Shown: positions 48,762 to 62,000 of the stretch, one piece after another
Position numbering within the stretch: the first letter of the stretch is position 1
Layout: every line of letters begins with the position of its first letter
Assembly (NCBI GenBank): GCA_964016885.1
Contig: OZ024742.1
Span: 271,622,001 to 271,686,000 of the forward strand
Origin: Eledone cirrhosa
Taxonomy: Eukaryota
Direction: 5' to 3'
Length of the DNA stretch: 64,000 nt
The notes under the pieces: model-generated
The model's input: the letters and a program-made list of their open reading frames with translations, nothing else
Databases searched by the model: none
Told to the model about the DNA's origin: nothing
Made by a program: the position numbers and the translations under genes

Positions 48762-51700
48762 CCTCGCCACCGAAATTGATGCGACAAAAGAAGCATCAAC
48801 AACAAAGTCTCGCTGGGGGTTTACGAGTTCTCTTGGACCGTCTTCGATTGTCTGGTCCATACTTTGGAACGGGCAACAAGGTCTTGGGTCTGGTCTGTCT
48901 TGGAGTTAGTGGTACGATTTCCGAGATCTCCATCGGGTGATCTGTTGCAAATCCTAAAACAGTGTCTACTGCATCAACAGGTTCATTGACTTCCTCAGTA
49001 GTGTACCGTGGTTGCAGCTGTTCCCAGTGTCGTTTCCACACCGGGCCATGAGGTATGACCTTAACGTTGAAGCAGCGAGTACCCAATTACTTCTTAATGA
49101 TTGCTGGTACCCATCGGGGATCTTTGTCTCGGCGAGGTCCGTAGTACAGTGCATACACAGGATCTCCAGCCTTGTACTGCCTGGTAACCTTAGCGACACC
49201 TGTCGAGTCCGGAGTCATCTGAGACTTATATGCTTCCTTAGACTGCTTGCCTTGAGCGATGTGTGCTGGCGAGGGCAGCAGAGAATCAATCCTTGTCCGT
49301 ATCTGCCGGTGATTCAAAAGTTCACTCGGAGAGAATCCACTGGATGTCGGTGTTCTCCGGTACTGCATCAAGAACTCTTGAAGTGCTCTCTTCAGCGGAA
49401 GAGAAGTCTTCCTCAGAGCTTGTTTGAAGGTCTGCACCAAACGTTCCGCTGCTCCGTTGGTAGCTGGGTGGTAAGGTGCCCCTGTCAGGTGCGTGATCCC
49501 ACGTTCTTAGCACCAGCTCTGGAACTCCTCAGAAATAAAAGTTGGTGCGTTATCGGTGACTAGCGTTTGAGGAAATCCGAAGTGCGCAAAGTCTTCTTCA
49601 AGCAGATCTAAAGTGGCTCTGGAGGACGTGGATGACGTAGGATGAATGCATGGATACTTGGAATAAGCATCCGTGATCACCAACCAATTACTGCCCATGA
49701 AATTTATTGCGTGGTCCAGGTGTAAGCGGCTCCACGGCTTTTCAGGTAACATCCATGGGTGAACTGGAGACTTGGATGGCTGGTTTTGATGTTCACCACA
49801 CGAATCACATTGTCGACTGCTTTTCTCTATAGCAGCATCGAGACCAGGCCAATAAACAACAGTTCTTGCCAATTGTTTCATGCGCTCCATGCCAAAGTGT
49901 CCGAGATGCAGAAGATTGAGGATCTTTGGCTGTAGGATATGTGGAATCACAACTCTCGATCCATGGATAAGGCATCCGTGGCAGATACTGAGTGAATCCG
50001 ATAATTTCCGGACCTTATTGACTTCGTCATTGATCTCAGTATGCTTTGGTGGCCAGCCTTCACGGACGTAGCGTATCACTGTAGATATCACTGGATCTTT
50101 CCCTGACTCTTGACGGAGGACGTTAGCATCGATAGGTTGGACGTGAAGACTGAGAGCTTTGATGGCGCACACCATGTCCATGTCTTCACCATTTTCCTTC
50201 CTGTCAAAGTCGATGTCATTACCAAATGGCAAGCGACTGAGGGCATCTGCATTGCCATGATCCGCTGTTTTCCGATATTCGATGGTGTAGTGAAACTGGT
50301 TCAGCCACAGGGCCCACCGTGCTAGTCGGTTAGCAGTGAGAAATAGCGCCCCTTTCCTCGGACTGAAGAGTTATGTCAGTGGCTTGTGGTCAGTTACGAG
50401 TATAAACTGATGTCCGTACAGATACTGATAGAACTTCTCCAAGCTAAATATGATGGCCAGGTCTTCCTTTTAAATTTGGCCGTAGTTACGCTGTGTAGAA
50501 GTAAGAGTCTTGGACACATTGGATATTGGGCGCTCGCTTCCATCAGGATAGCGATGAAACAGGACTGCTCCAATACCAACGTTTGACGCGTCGCAAGCCA
50601 GTCCCAAAGTTTTGTTTGGATCGAAGTGTATCAGAACTCGATCCGATGAAAGCACATTTTTCGACTGATCGAAAGCTGACTGTTCTTCATCTCCCCACTT
50701 CCAAGTAGTCGTTTTTTTCGTAAGGCAATAGAGTGGCTCTGCCATGCTGGCCAGGTTTGGGATAAACTTTCCATAGAACTGAACTGAACCCAGGAAAGAC
50801 TTCAAGCTTGAGACGTTCGTTGGAGGTGGCATCTTTAAAATTGCTTCGACCTTGGATCCCTTCGCGATCCCTTCAGCCGACAAGGTGTGTCCAAGTTATT
50901 CCACACTGGGTAGTGCAAACTGGCACTTGTCACGGCGACATCTGAGTCCTTTGTTGCACAGACGTGTGAGCAGACACTTTAGGTTGTTCAGGTGATCGTT
51001 TGCATCTTTCCCACTGACGAGCATGTCGTACTGGAAGACGGCCACACCAGGTAGATCTTGAGTCAGGTTTTCCATGATCTCCTGAAAGTAACCAGGTGCT
51101 GACTTGATTCCGAAAGGGAGTCGTTCCTGCAGGAGCACACGACGGTGAGTGCTGAGTGCAAGCCTTCGTTGACTTTCTGGAACCAGCTTGATCTGATTAT
51201 AGGCATCAGCAAGATCAATCTTTGTGTATCCGAATCCACCTCCGAGCTTCTGCAACAGTTCCTCTGGGAGTGGCATTGGATGACGATGATCTGCAAGTTG
51301 GACATTAATTCCCACAGAGTAGTCACCACAAATCCGTAGTTTGGGCTTCAGGTTGCCTGAAGTATGTGCTTTACGAATCGGTACCACTGGCGTTCCGTAT
51401 TCGTTGAACTGTAGTGGCTTCCAGATTCCTTTGGCGATGCCTTCTTCGTAACCTTTGGCCAGGTCATCCCGAAGAGCAAACGGGACCGGGCGTGTCTTGT
51501 GAAAGACCGGTGTCGCGTCCGACTTGAACTTCACTTTCAGTTCGAAGTCATTAAGACATCCCAATTCTTGCTTGAAGAGATGTGGGAATTCATCACACAT
51601 GTTGTGACAATCTCGTTGCATGGAAATATAGGGCTCATTTGAGGTCTTTGGATGCATCACTTCTGCATCCTCACTCTTGGCCTGGCTGTCTATGCTTTTC

Positions 51701-53058
51701 AATCCTAGAGCATTGTCCACGGAAATTCCCAGAGTCTGGATGCGTTTCGTTCCAGCAAATTAAGATCAGGGATCTTGGTGACGATGTAGGGTATTGAATT
51801 CCGTTTACCGGTCATTGGATCCTTTGTTTGGCTCATGAAAGTTCCCAGAACGGGCAGGTCGTGCTTGCTGGCAGATTCAAACCAATGTTTGACATCTTGC
51901 AGCTTCGGTTTTCCTAATTGTTTCCAAACTGACAAGGAAACAAAATTGCCTGTAGTAGCTGTGTCCAATTCCATTGTGAAAAGTCTGTTCTGGATTGTTA
52001 TTGGCACATTCAAACTATGAGTATCGTGGGGAACTTCACCAAGGATCGCATTGACTAGCTCAGCTTTCGTGATTCTTTTTACGTAATTCGTGAGCGATGA
52101 TTACGTTGCTGATGTTGTTTCTTTCTACACACCGCTTGCAAATGTCCCTTTCTGTCACAAAAATGACATTTGGCTTCTTTGAAGGGGCAGTCTGTCGCTT
52201 TGTGGGCCTTTCCACATCGGTAGCACATCTCCTGGTCTGTGGAATAAGACTGCTGATGGTTCTTTCGAGGACCTTTGTTATTGTTCTACTGGACCTTGTA
52301 GACTTGCTTGGTTTTGGAACCGTAAACAGTTTCCTTGGCAACCTTTGCTGCGTCTTCGGTCTCGATGGCAACTTGGACAGCACGGGCGAAATTTAGTTCT
52401 GTATCCTTGATCTTGAAAATAGCCTTCAACACAGCTTCATTATTGACAGAACATATAAATATCTGTCCTAGAGCTTCATCTTGTAGATTTGTGATCGAAG
52501 GAAAATCACAGGTAGCTGCATCCTGACGTATACGTGCTGCCAGCTCCTGGAGAGTTTCGCCTGACTTTCGTTGCATGTCACTCCAGAACTTGAAACGTTC
52601 TCTCACAATGAAAAGTTTTGTGTCGAACTGTTCTTTCATGAAATCAACAATTTCGCCCATTGTCAACTTGTTGATATCCTTAGGCGGATTTTGTTGAGCA
52701 GCCAGATTTGCGAGTTGTTTGTAGATAGCAGCCGTCTGATTAGTCAGGAACACTTGTGCCATGCGTTGCTCGGGTACAGCGTTAGCAGCCACAAACGTGC
52801 AGAATCCTGACCAGTAATCAGGCCATAGTTCTGTTGTTGAATCAAAAGCAGCAAATGGTGGGATGAATGCTGTTGGTGTCGAAGCAACTGGCGACGCCAA
52901 CAAACTCCGTTGTTCAGAATCTCGAGCACCAAACAGTTTTATCAGAGTGTCCATATCTTTCTTGTGTTGTTGCATTTGTTGTTCCATCTGTTCTCTAAAC
53001 AACTTTATTAGCTCCGCTGTTTGTTGTTCCGCCATGTTTTTATGATAAACAATTGCCT

Positions 53059-53192
53059 GGCAATGTAGGTAAATCCTATCGGCAATGTAGGTAAATCCTA
53101 TCGCCAATGTAGGTAAATCCTATCGGTAATGTAGGTAAATCCTACCGGCAATGTAGGTAAATCCTATCGGCAATGTAGGTAAATCCTATCGG
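53059..53192. repeat. 6 x 22-bp tandem repeat CAATGTAGGTAAATCCTATCGG overlapping the PBS
   Basis: Units start at 53061, 53083, 53105, 53127, 53149 and 53171; three single-base variants. Confidence 0.97.
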
Positions 53193-53208
53193 CGACGCCA
53201 ATAAACTC

Positions 53209-53487
53209 TGTTGTATTCCTCTCGGTACTCGCAGAGAAAACACAACGAGTTATATCAAATCATTTGTGTATTGTATGAAACAACCAAAACGCCCCTCCTC
53301 ACGGTAGCAGAATCACAAAGTAAGTGGCAGCAGCAGTCTGTGACCGAGTTTTTAATACCAACGCTGACTGACTGCCCAGGTCACGTGATTCATATGCAAA
53401 TGTGTGAACACGTGTAAATTGAATAAAACGAATTTAACAGTCCATACAGCAATGAGGTTGTGAGTTCGATTCCCAGTCCATACAACA
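53209..53487 (-). repeat. 5' LTR
   Basis: Direct repeat of 48483-48761; about 16 substitutions and 3 small indels by eye. Confidence 0.95.
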
Positions 53488-53509
53488 AGTAGAAACCATT
53501 ATTATTATT

Positions 53510-54260
53510 GGCGGTCAGAAACCATGCTTTGAGGCATAGAGTTACGGCCCTTGCCATTCTGAGTTCAAATCCCGCCGTGGTTAACTTTGCATTGCATCCG
53601 TACGGGGTCGATAAAATAAAGTACCAGTAATGTACTGGGTATTTGCTGGCCTTGTGCCAAAAGTAGAAACAATTATTTTTTCTCGATAAAATAAAGTACC
53701 AGTAATGCACTGGATTATTGCTGGCCTTGTGCCTAAAGTAGAAACAATTATTTTTCTCATAATAGTTACGTCCCTTTACACTCTGAGTTCAAATCCCGCC
53801 GAGATTAACTTTGCATTTCATCCTTACGGGGTCGATAAAATAAAGTACCAGTATTTTACTGGGTAATTGCTTGCCTTGTGCCTAAAGTAGAAACAATTAT
53901 TTTTCTCAGAATCGGTAGAGGGTCGGTCAATATGCTTTGCAGCATAGAGATACGGCCCTTTGAAGACACAGTTCAAATACCGCCGATGTTACCTTTGCCG
54001 ATGTTACTAAAACACCAGTAATGTACTGGGATAAATGTCGGCCTTGTGCCAAAAGTAAAAATAGTTATTATTGTGGATTGGCAGTATTGGTAGAGGATCG
54101 GACGCCATGCTTTGACCCATAGAGTTACGGCCCTTGCCATTCTGAGTTCAAATCCCGCCGAGGTTAACTTTACCTTTCATCCTTACGGGGTCGATAAAAT
54201 AAAGTACCAGTAATACACTGATTAATTGTTGGCCTTGTGCCTAACGTAGAAACAATTATT
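53510..54260 (+). mobile_element. Head-to-tail array of five SINE copies, mostly 5'-truncated
   Basis: The 3' end GGCCTTGTGCC..AAGTAGAAACAATTA recurs near 53670, 53745, 53895, 54060 and 54255. Confidence 0.9.
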
Positions 54261-54449
54261 AATTGTATTATTTCATTATTATTTCTTTTTATTTCAATTT
54301 TTTTCCTTTTCAGTCAGTATTGTTTCTGATATATGCCGAGTGCCTTCCTGACACCTAGGATAAATGAATTCATTGTATGCTTAGGTAAGCCAGTTAACAC
54401 ACCACATTGATTAAAATTTACAGCTTTAAAAAAAAAAAATAATAATAGT

Positions 54450-54750
54450 AATATATACATACATATATACACACACATACTCATATATATATACCGACAC
54501 ACACACGCTTATATACATATACACATCCACACACATACGCACATAGCCACACAAACATACACACACATATACAAATATACACCCATACACATATATACTC
54601 ATCCATACATATACATACATATAAATAAAAGATATATATGCACGCACGCACAAACACACATATACATCCACACATACATAGGAGGGATATCATTCTTACA
54701 GAAATAGTGGACTACTCACACATACACACACACTCCCACACATCCACACA
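54450..54750. repeat. Degenerate (CA/TA)n low-complexity tract
   Basis: Direct reading. Confidence 0.9.
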
Positions 54751-54759
54751 GGAAAGGAT

Positions 54760-55776
54760 ATCATTCTCACAGAGATAATGCTCTTCTCATTACGTGGGCA
54801 GTACCAGTCAAGACAACTTCTTGCACCCCTTGCAGAGAGATTAGACCAGCAATCATTCGCAAATACTGTTCTTGTCCTTTCTCGATCATTCCTTGTTCTC
54901 CCACAATTACTGGTATTATAACGAGCTTCAGATGCCACATTTTTGCCATTTCAATAAGCAGATCTTTATATTTTCTTAGGTTGTCAAATTCTTTTGCCTC
55001 CATATAGTGATCACATGGGATGCTCATGTCAATAAATAAACAGACCTTGCTGTGATGGTCTTTTACATTGATATCGGGCATATTAACTGTTATGGTCTGC
55101 TCACTATGTACAGGAAAGTCCCAAATAGTTGTTACTTTTTCTCCTTCAGAATGATGATTGTACCACATGTCAGCATCTTTGATTTTATTATGCCGACATA
55201 TTATCCAGTGTAGATATTGGCCAACTCTGTGATGTCTTTATTGTTACTCTACTGGGGCTAAAGTGTAACATCCAGAAACAAGGTGGTCCACTGTTTCAAC
55301 CTCAACATTGCAGAATCGGCACTCTGGATTTACTCCATTTCTCCTCAAATTGGCCTGGTATTTCGTTGCCAGTAAACTTTGATCTTGGGCAGTTACGATG
55401 AAGCCGTTAATCTCTGCTTTTAGCCCTGAGATACGTGGTCACTGATGTTTGTGCTTTTGCTCAATATCCTCTTGTTTGCTACGGGCCACATATTTCTCAG
55501 GTAGAGATTTCTACTCCCACTTTGGTGCTAATTGCTATTGCCCTTTTGTTTGGCCATTAATTCTATGTACTTAGCGGCATTAATTGCAACAGTTTCCTTA
55601 GTCTGACCAACCTGCTCATCAAGCATGAGTTCAGTAGTATATGGTTTGCTCTCCTTCAAGACAGAATGAAGCTTCTTACTTCTCTCATGTTTTTCAACAA
55701 GTTTCAGCATAGAGTTGCTTGTTGTTTCAAGGTAATATGAGACGCCGATAGTGCTGGTCTTGGAGGTGAAATCAAA
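54760..55776 (-). mobile_element. R4/Dong-clade element, fourth family D4, 3' fragment (knuckle plus RLE)
   Basis: ORF 54767-55168: IWDFPVH..NMPDI..LFIDMSIP..KYKDL..TAHVMRRALSL. Confidence 0.85.
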
Positions 55777-58700
55777 TGGGATCGGGCCACGACCTCCTTG
55801 AGGTCAAGGAAGGTAAAGACGATCCACACTTGCTTTCGGGTGATGCAACCTATTATATGTCAGTAACATACGGTTTTGGGTATGCCTTTGAGTCTAGGGG
55901 CTGTTTATGCCCCGATATGAGCAGGACCCTGATTTCTTCAGGCGACTGGAGACCTTCCTAGGAACGTCCCGCTTTTTATTATTAGTGAGCGATTGGATTG
56001 AGATCATGGATTCACGCTGGGATTGTGTGGGATTAGTGGAATGGGAGAAGGGTGTGAACGCCTCGAAAAGCAGCTCTGACTTTTCCAACTCTCTCAACAG
56101 ATCGTATCTAGATAGAGTATTTTGTAAGGAAATAGATAGTTCTAGCGTAGGCTGTCCATAATTCAAAATAGTCGACTACAGAGGCCAAAAATTCGTGACT
56201 TGTGTGGTTGAATTAGGTTGGCTCTATAGACAAGGACCCGGTTACTGGAACCTAGACGCGTCGTTGACAGTGTACAAAGCCTACAGAGGCAGGATTATCA
56301 AACTAGTTAAACGTGCGTTGACGATGGCATTCGTAAAACCAATGGTGGTTAGCTCTGTAAAGGGCGACTAGAATGGAGTTTGTAGGTTTGGTAAGGCGTT
56401 AACAATAGAGGAAAATAGAGCAGCGGGAGAACTAGGTAACAAATTAGATGAGGCGCTTAGCGAAGGCATTGTGACCGACGTACCTGCGTTGAAATTGACA
56501 CTCGAGCTATTCTTCGACGCAACGCACGTAGCCTGATATGTCAGAGCTACGGCCCGTGCTCTCAGTAACGAGGGGACAACAGCCGTTCGATGAGCCTGAG
56601 TGGCAGAGGCACGAGGGGGCAGCAAAGCCATGATCAGGTTTTGGAGGACCATGCAGGGCGCATGTCACTCGAACCGGAACAGATGTGTGGGGCTTTTAAG
56701 CTGCACTACGCTCAGCTGTTCGGGGGCAGCGGTGAGTCGTATCACAGGATGGACTTTAGTGCCTACCATGACGAACTGCCGCGGCTCTCGGCTATTGAGG
56801 TGGAGCATTGTGAAGGGCTTATAACAGCCGATGAAATACCGGTAGCAATGACTGACTATACGATGCGTAAATCGCCTGGTTTAGATGTTCTGCCCTACGA
56901 ACGTTACGTAAGCCCGCCAGACCTGTTCGGCGAACTTTCAGCAGACGTCTACTCCAAATTGCAGGAGAACCAGATTATTCCCAGGTCTGTGAGCCGTGGA
57001 GCGGTAGCGCGGCTGAAAAAGTACCCGAACAAGAGGGACAAGATAGATAATTTCAGGCTCATAACTCTGCTGAATGCAGAGTACAACATTTTGGCCAAAG
57101 TCCAAGCAAAGAGGTTGGCATTTGTCGTCGGTCGTCTGGTGGAAGAGGCGCAGAGCTGCGCCATTCCAGACAAATCCATCCACGACAACCTCTACATCAT
57201 GCGACATATCGTGGAGATGGTAGCTAAGGAAACTGGAAGGGCAGGGGTCTTGATCAATAGAGATCAGTCGAATAGCTTTTGAACGTGTCGACATTAGTTC
57301 GTCTGGCAGTGGTCCTGAGGGCGATCCAGCTTTGGGCCCCTCTTCAGAGGCTGGATCGCTACCATGCACAGAGACATTTGCACTGTGGTGAAAGTGAACA
57401 GAACCGTTAAACATCATGCGCTCGGTCCGCCAATGATGTGCCCTCTCGTCACTGTTGTACGTATTGATTCTTGAGCCATTACTGCACAAATTGGAGACTT
57501 TGAGGGACGTCCCACGCAAACTATGATGCGAAAGAACCGTGTCAACATATGCCGACGACGCCACCGTAGTGGTGTCGAATGCCAAACAGACCGAGGCAAT
57601 AGCACTACACTAGAGAATACAAGGCGGAGAATACGAGCAATGTTTTATCAAGAAAAGTCAGTGGGCTTGCAGCTCGGCACCTGCAGAGGGAGGTCCATGC
57701 CGTCCAACAGTGTCATCGGGTGCTGGACAACGGATGGGTGTCTGGTTCCGTCCAGACCCCCAGACGGACAAAAACAGGTACGAGGTGACGAGCAGGGTGG
57801 CCTCTCTCACTCCAGAAATGGGCTAAGAGGAAGCTATCCTTGAAAGGCTGAGCGGAGTTGGCGACCGCGTACATCTACTACCATCTGACCATCATGCCTT
57901 GTACTAGGCCTCACCTGACTTCGCTGTAGCGTTTGCTCTTTTTGTGGAAGGGACGCGCTCTGATGGTCAGGGGTTCCGATTGCTGTCAGTACACGTTATG
58001 TGGAGGGCTGGGCATGCCATGGCTGATGATGCGCAAACATCTGCTCAGGCTACCGCACCTCCACTTCTACCACGACAATGATCAGGTGGAGTCACCGATT
58101 CCTAGACATGTATTCCCCAGCACATCTCCTTGACAGAGCTGCAGTCATGGGTCAAGCGAAGACCGAGAATGTGCGCTTAGAAACTGGAATGTCTTCAGGC
58201 GCTTACAGTCCTCGCCAATCGGGCAGTGGTTTCGCTGGAAACTCCACCTCTGTGTTCTATAGAGGTTTTGTGGAGGGAAAGGGCAACGGCGCCCTTGGAG
58301 AGACTCTGGGCGTCGACGAAAACCAACTAGCTAATCTGTTCGGGAGATCTTTCGGGCCGGGGACCATGGACATCTTCCAGAAATCCCTGGCCTGGCAGTG
58401 CTACCGAGGAGCCTTGCCAGTTCATCATAAACTCTACAGGCATGGAATTGCCGTCAATCGCGCCTTTCCGAGATGCGCGCAGGGCGATGAAACCGCTGTG
58501 CACGCACTCGTCTAGTTTCCGAGCATTGGACACTTGTGGGTTTATGTCGAACCCCTGCCGTCGCGTGTAGGATGGATCCGCCTATCAGCTGGGTCCATCG
58601 TAATGATTGTTTCGCCGCCTTCCTTTAGCCGGGAAGGGCAGACAGTTTTTATCTGTCTGGTGGCCATGGTAAAATAGATCGTATGGTGAACACGTCTGAA

Positions 58701-59031
58701 AGTGTTGAAGACGGGTACTTTCCTCTTCAGTGACGCCCTCATTAACTTTTTCAGGTTTTACCTGAAAAGGAAATCCAGGGAGGAGGAACACTGGAAGAGG
58801 GCACTTGCCCTAGCGTTCAGGGTAACCATAGTTTTTTTGTGGGCCTTCTCCACGAATGTCCCTCGTAAGTCTCCCCCTATTCGGGGATTTTTCATTGTTT
58901 TGTTTTTTTCGTTACGTCCTCATTTTTTGTTTTTTTTTAAACGCAGAAATGCCCTTTTGTATCGTCCTGTACTGTACTGTCTTGTCATTAATGTTATACT
59001 TTGTGTTAACCCTTGTAGTTAATAAATAAAG
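55777..59031 (+). mobile_element. Tx1-type LINE, copy E (old, ORF2 only)
   Basis: Colinear with B1/B2 ORF2 (SYLDRVF, KSPGLDVLPYE, YADD at ~57548); 3' CCCTTGTAGTTAATAAA then (ATT)n. Confidence 0.88.
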
Positions 59032-59043
59032 CTTTATTATTAT

Positions 59044-62000
59044 TTTCATTTATGTTACCTATGTTCATACGTGTTATCACTGAGTCGCAATCAGTTATCT
59101 CAAGAGGCAACAAGGTCCGCCATGTTCAAGAAAGAACACATAGACGTATATTAAGTTGTTTAGACTTGTGACGTATTTATATTGACAGAATCTCACTTAG
59201 TATACGGGAAGTTCCCATTAGTACTATCGTATGTATTTCTTCTATACGCCTTTTTTCTGTGATTTGGGATCAGTTATCATTAGACCCATTTGCTATCATT
59301 GCTAGAGTGCCTACAAACACTGGCATTGTTTTAGTTCACAACTTTCACATTTTTCCAGGTCTTGCTCAACCTTTTAAATGTTTTTATAGATACATTCTTG
59401 TCTATTAGAAAGGTCTTGTCAATTAGCAGCCATACCCTCCTTTTTAAAGTCCTTCAGTATTATATCAAGTCTATTTGCATTTATTTTTCCGTCTGTTTGG
59501 ATGCTGAAGTTCCATAAGTTTGAGATATGAACTTTTTCACGTACGGGAGGGGGTTGATGTTTCCACCAATTCTTTTGATGGAGCAGGTCCAAATGCTTAC
59601 ACATTACCCAATGTATGATTTGTGCAGGTCTGTCGTGGATGTTTAGATATTCGGAATGCACATTGAGATTACATGATCAATGGTCTCTGGTTGTAATATA
59701 GGGAGATGTATGCTATCTGTATCTGCCTTAGGTTGATACATTCTCTGCATGGTTAAGAATTTTCAAATTTGTGTATGGAGGTTACGCATCTCTGTGCTTG
59801 ACCAGTTGATGACATTGAAACTGTAGGTTACTACTGGTATGGCAAGTGTGTTTATGGCATCGGTCCTCCTCTTTTCATTCAACTCCGTTCTTAAAATTGC
59901 TCTTACTCTGCGGTAACATTCCTTCCTTATTCTCTCCCTCATTGTCCAGTGGTTCATTTGGTTTCCTTCACAAACACCGAGATACTTATAAGTTTCTTCT
60001 TGATCAAGTTCTCTTATCCCATCCCCGATCAAGATTAATGTGTGAATTTCTTAGCAGCTTTCCCCTAGTGTACGTTGCTTTGGCGCATTTATCTAGTCCA
60101 AACTCCATTTTAATGTCATCACTAACTGCTTCACAGTAGATAAAAACCCTTGCAATTGCTCATCTTGTTTGTAGATAGTTCCAGGTCCTCCATGTAGAAC
60201 AAGTGATTAATGGTTTTGTCATAGACTTTATATCCATGTTTTGTTTACTTCTTGCGTTACAGAATAAAAGCGGCGATAAAGAGTCACCCTTAAAAATTCC
60301 ACAATTAATATTAACTTTTCCAGCTTCCAGTGATTTTTTTTCACTATTCAAAGTGAGTGTCGTTTTTCATGTTTTCATATCGAATGACAGGAACCTCATG
60401 ACAACGGAAGATATTTTGAAAATTTCTAAATACTTTTCGATCAAATTGTGTGGCAAACTGTCACGTGCTTTTTTTATAATCTTTCCAAGCAATTGATAGA
60501 TTTTTGATTCTATTATAACAATCTTCCAGTATCATTTTCTTAATCAAAATCTGATCCTTACAGCCATATGAGTCTCGTTCAAATCCTTTCTGAACATTGG
60601 AAAATCGATAATTTGTTATCACGTGATCGTACGTATATTCAGTTAGGATTGATGTTATGATTTACATTGTGTCAAGCAAGTTCTCGGTCTGTAACATTTT
60701 GGATTATTTGTCTCATCATTCTTCGGAAGTAAGAAATTAATGCCGTTAACTAGCCATGACATTGTCTTCTCTGGGTCCTTAACCCTTTCCTTGTAAATTT
60801 GGTCTTAGAGCTCATGAGATTATGTCAACGCATTTATACAAACATTTGGTATTTTGTCTTATCCTGGGGATTTCCATTTGCTGGATTTTCTAAAAGTTGA
60901 ACGCAGATATTCAACTGTTATATTTTCTCATGTTTGTTCCTCAAGGTGAGGTGTATCTTCATTTGTCTGTCTATCCTCCATGGGTGGTATTGATATAACA
61001 GCTATTGTTGACTTGCCAATATGTTTGTATAAGATTTGTTTGTTGTTTTTGAACATATTAATTGTCCTTTTATAATCTGGATGGTTTTTCTAAGCGTCTT
61101 ATACGAGCAGCTTTAGCCGACGCTTTTTGCTTGATTATTTCTATAATGATGTCTATGGCGCTTGGTGATTTTATATTATACTTTCTTTTCAATTTTCTGA
61201 GTTTAGTCTGTTTTACATGATCACCTATTCTGTAGTTTGCGAAAATGTCTATGTCAGATAAGAGAAGGTTTATTTGGTGATTGATGTTCTCTTGGCTAGT
61301 AGGTTTTGGGGGGCATTCCTTTGTTCTTTTCATTTTCACTCAACATAAATGAGTGATGATTTTAGCTGATGCATAGTAGAGATGATTTAGATCATTAATC
61401 TTTAGTTTATTTGTGATGATAATGTTTATCAGAGCTATGCCAGTCTTCCGTATTATCCTCTGTTTTTTTTATTTAGAGTATGCGTCTTAGGGATGGTGTC
61501 TAGTTCCTCCATGTCAGATTCTTTCATTTTCATCCACTCGATCATAATTTCATTCTTCAAGTTGGCGAGTTATTTCGCGTTTATTTCTTTATTATTGATG
61601 ATCTATTTGTTGTTTTCATTTTGAGTTTCATCTTAAACATGCACTCCTTCCACCTTTTCGATCCTTTCATTAATTTACCCAGCTGTCAGACATTCCGCCC
61701 CTACCCTTGGATTTAAGGTATTACAATTTACTTTGTTTTCACTGATACATGTTTCATTTTCCCTTCGATGACTTTGTGCTAACTGCTTGATCTGATCAAT
61801 TCCTATGTCAGTTAGTAATTTCTTCTTAACAATATTTCTGCGTATATTAACTGGTTTGTTACTGTCAATATAATCTCTGTTCTCAGGATGTTTCTTTTTC
61901 CAGTCGATATATGTTTTTTTCTGTATTCGATCTATTTGATGGGCACTACATGTATAGAAAGTTCCAAGGACTTTTTATTGTCTTCCTGTGACTATTTTCT

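Larger units (their letters stand above)
48483..53487 (-). mobile_element. Full-length decayed Ty3/Gypsy LTR retrotransposon (probably Mag-like)
   Basis: Two 279-bp LTRs, 5-bp TSD AGTAG (48478-48482, 53488-53492); gag with two CCHC knuckles, protease LDTA, RT (KIDLADAYNQ, LPFG, FQYD at the YxDD site), RNase H (ACDAS), integrase (H..HFG..CDSC, HLDHA, VTDNA) in Gypsy order; PBS TGGCGTCGCC; stops and frameshifts. Confidence 0.95.

Noticed and set aside
53059-53192. CRISPR-like array
   Set aside because: Units are contiguous with no spacers, there are no cas genes, and the context is a eukaryotic LTR element.
54073-54160. tRNA gene
   Set aside because: The A and B boxes belong to SINE heads; no complete cloverleaf.
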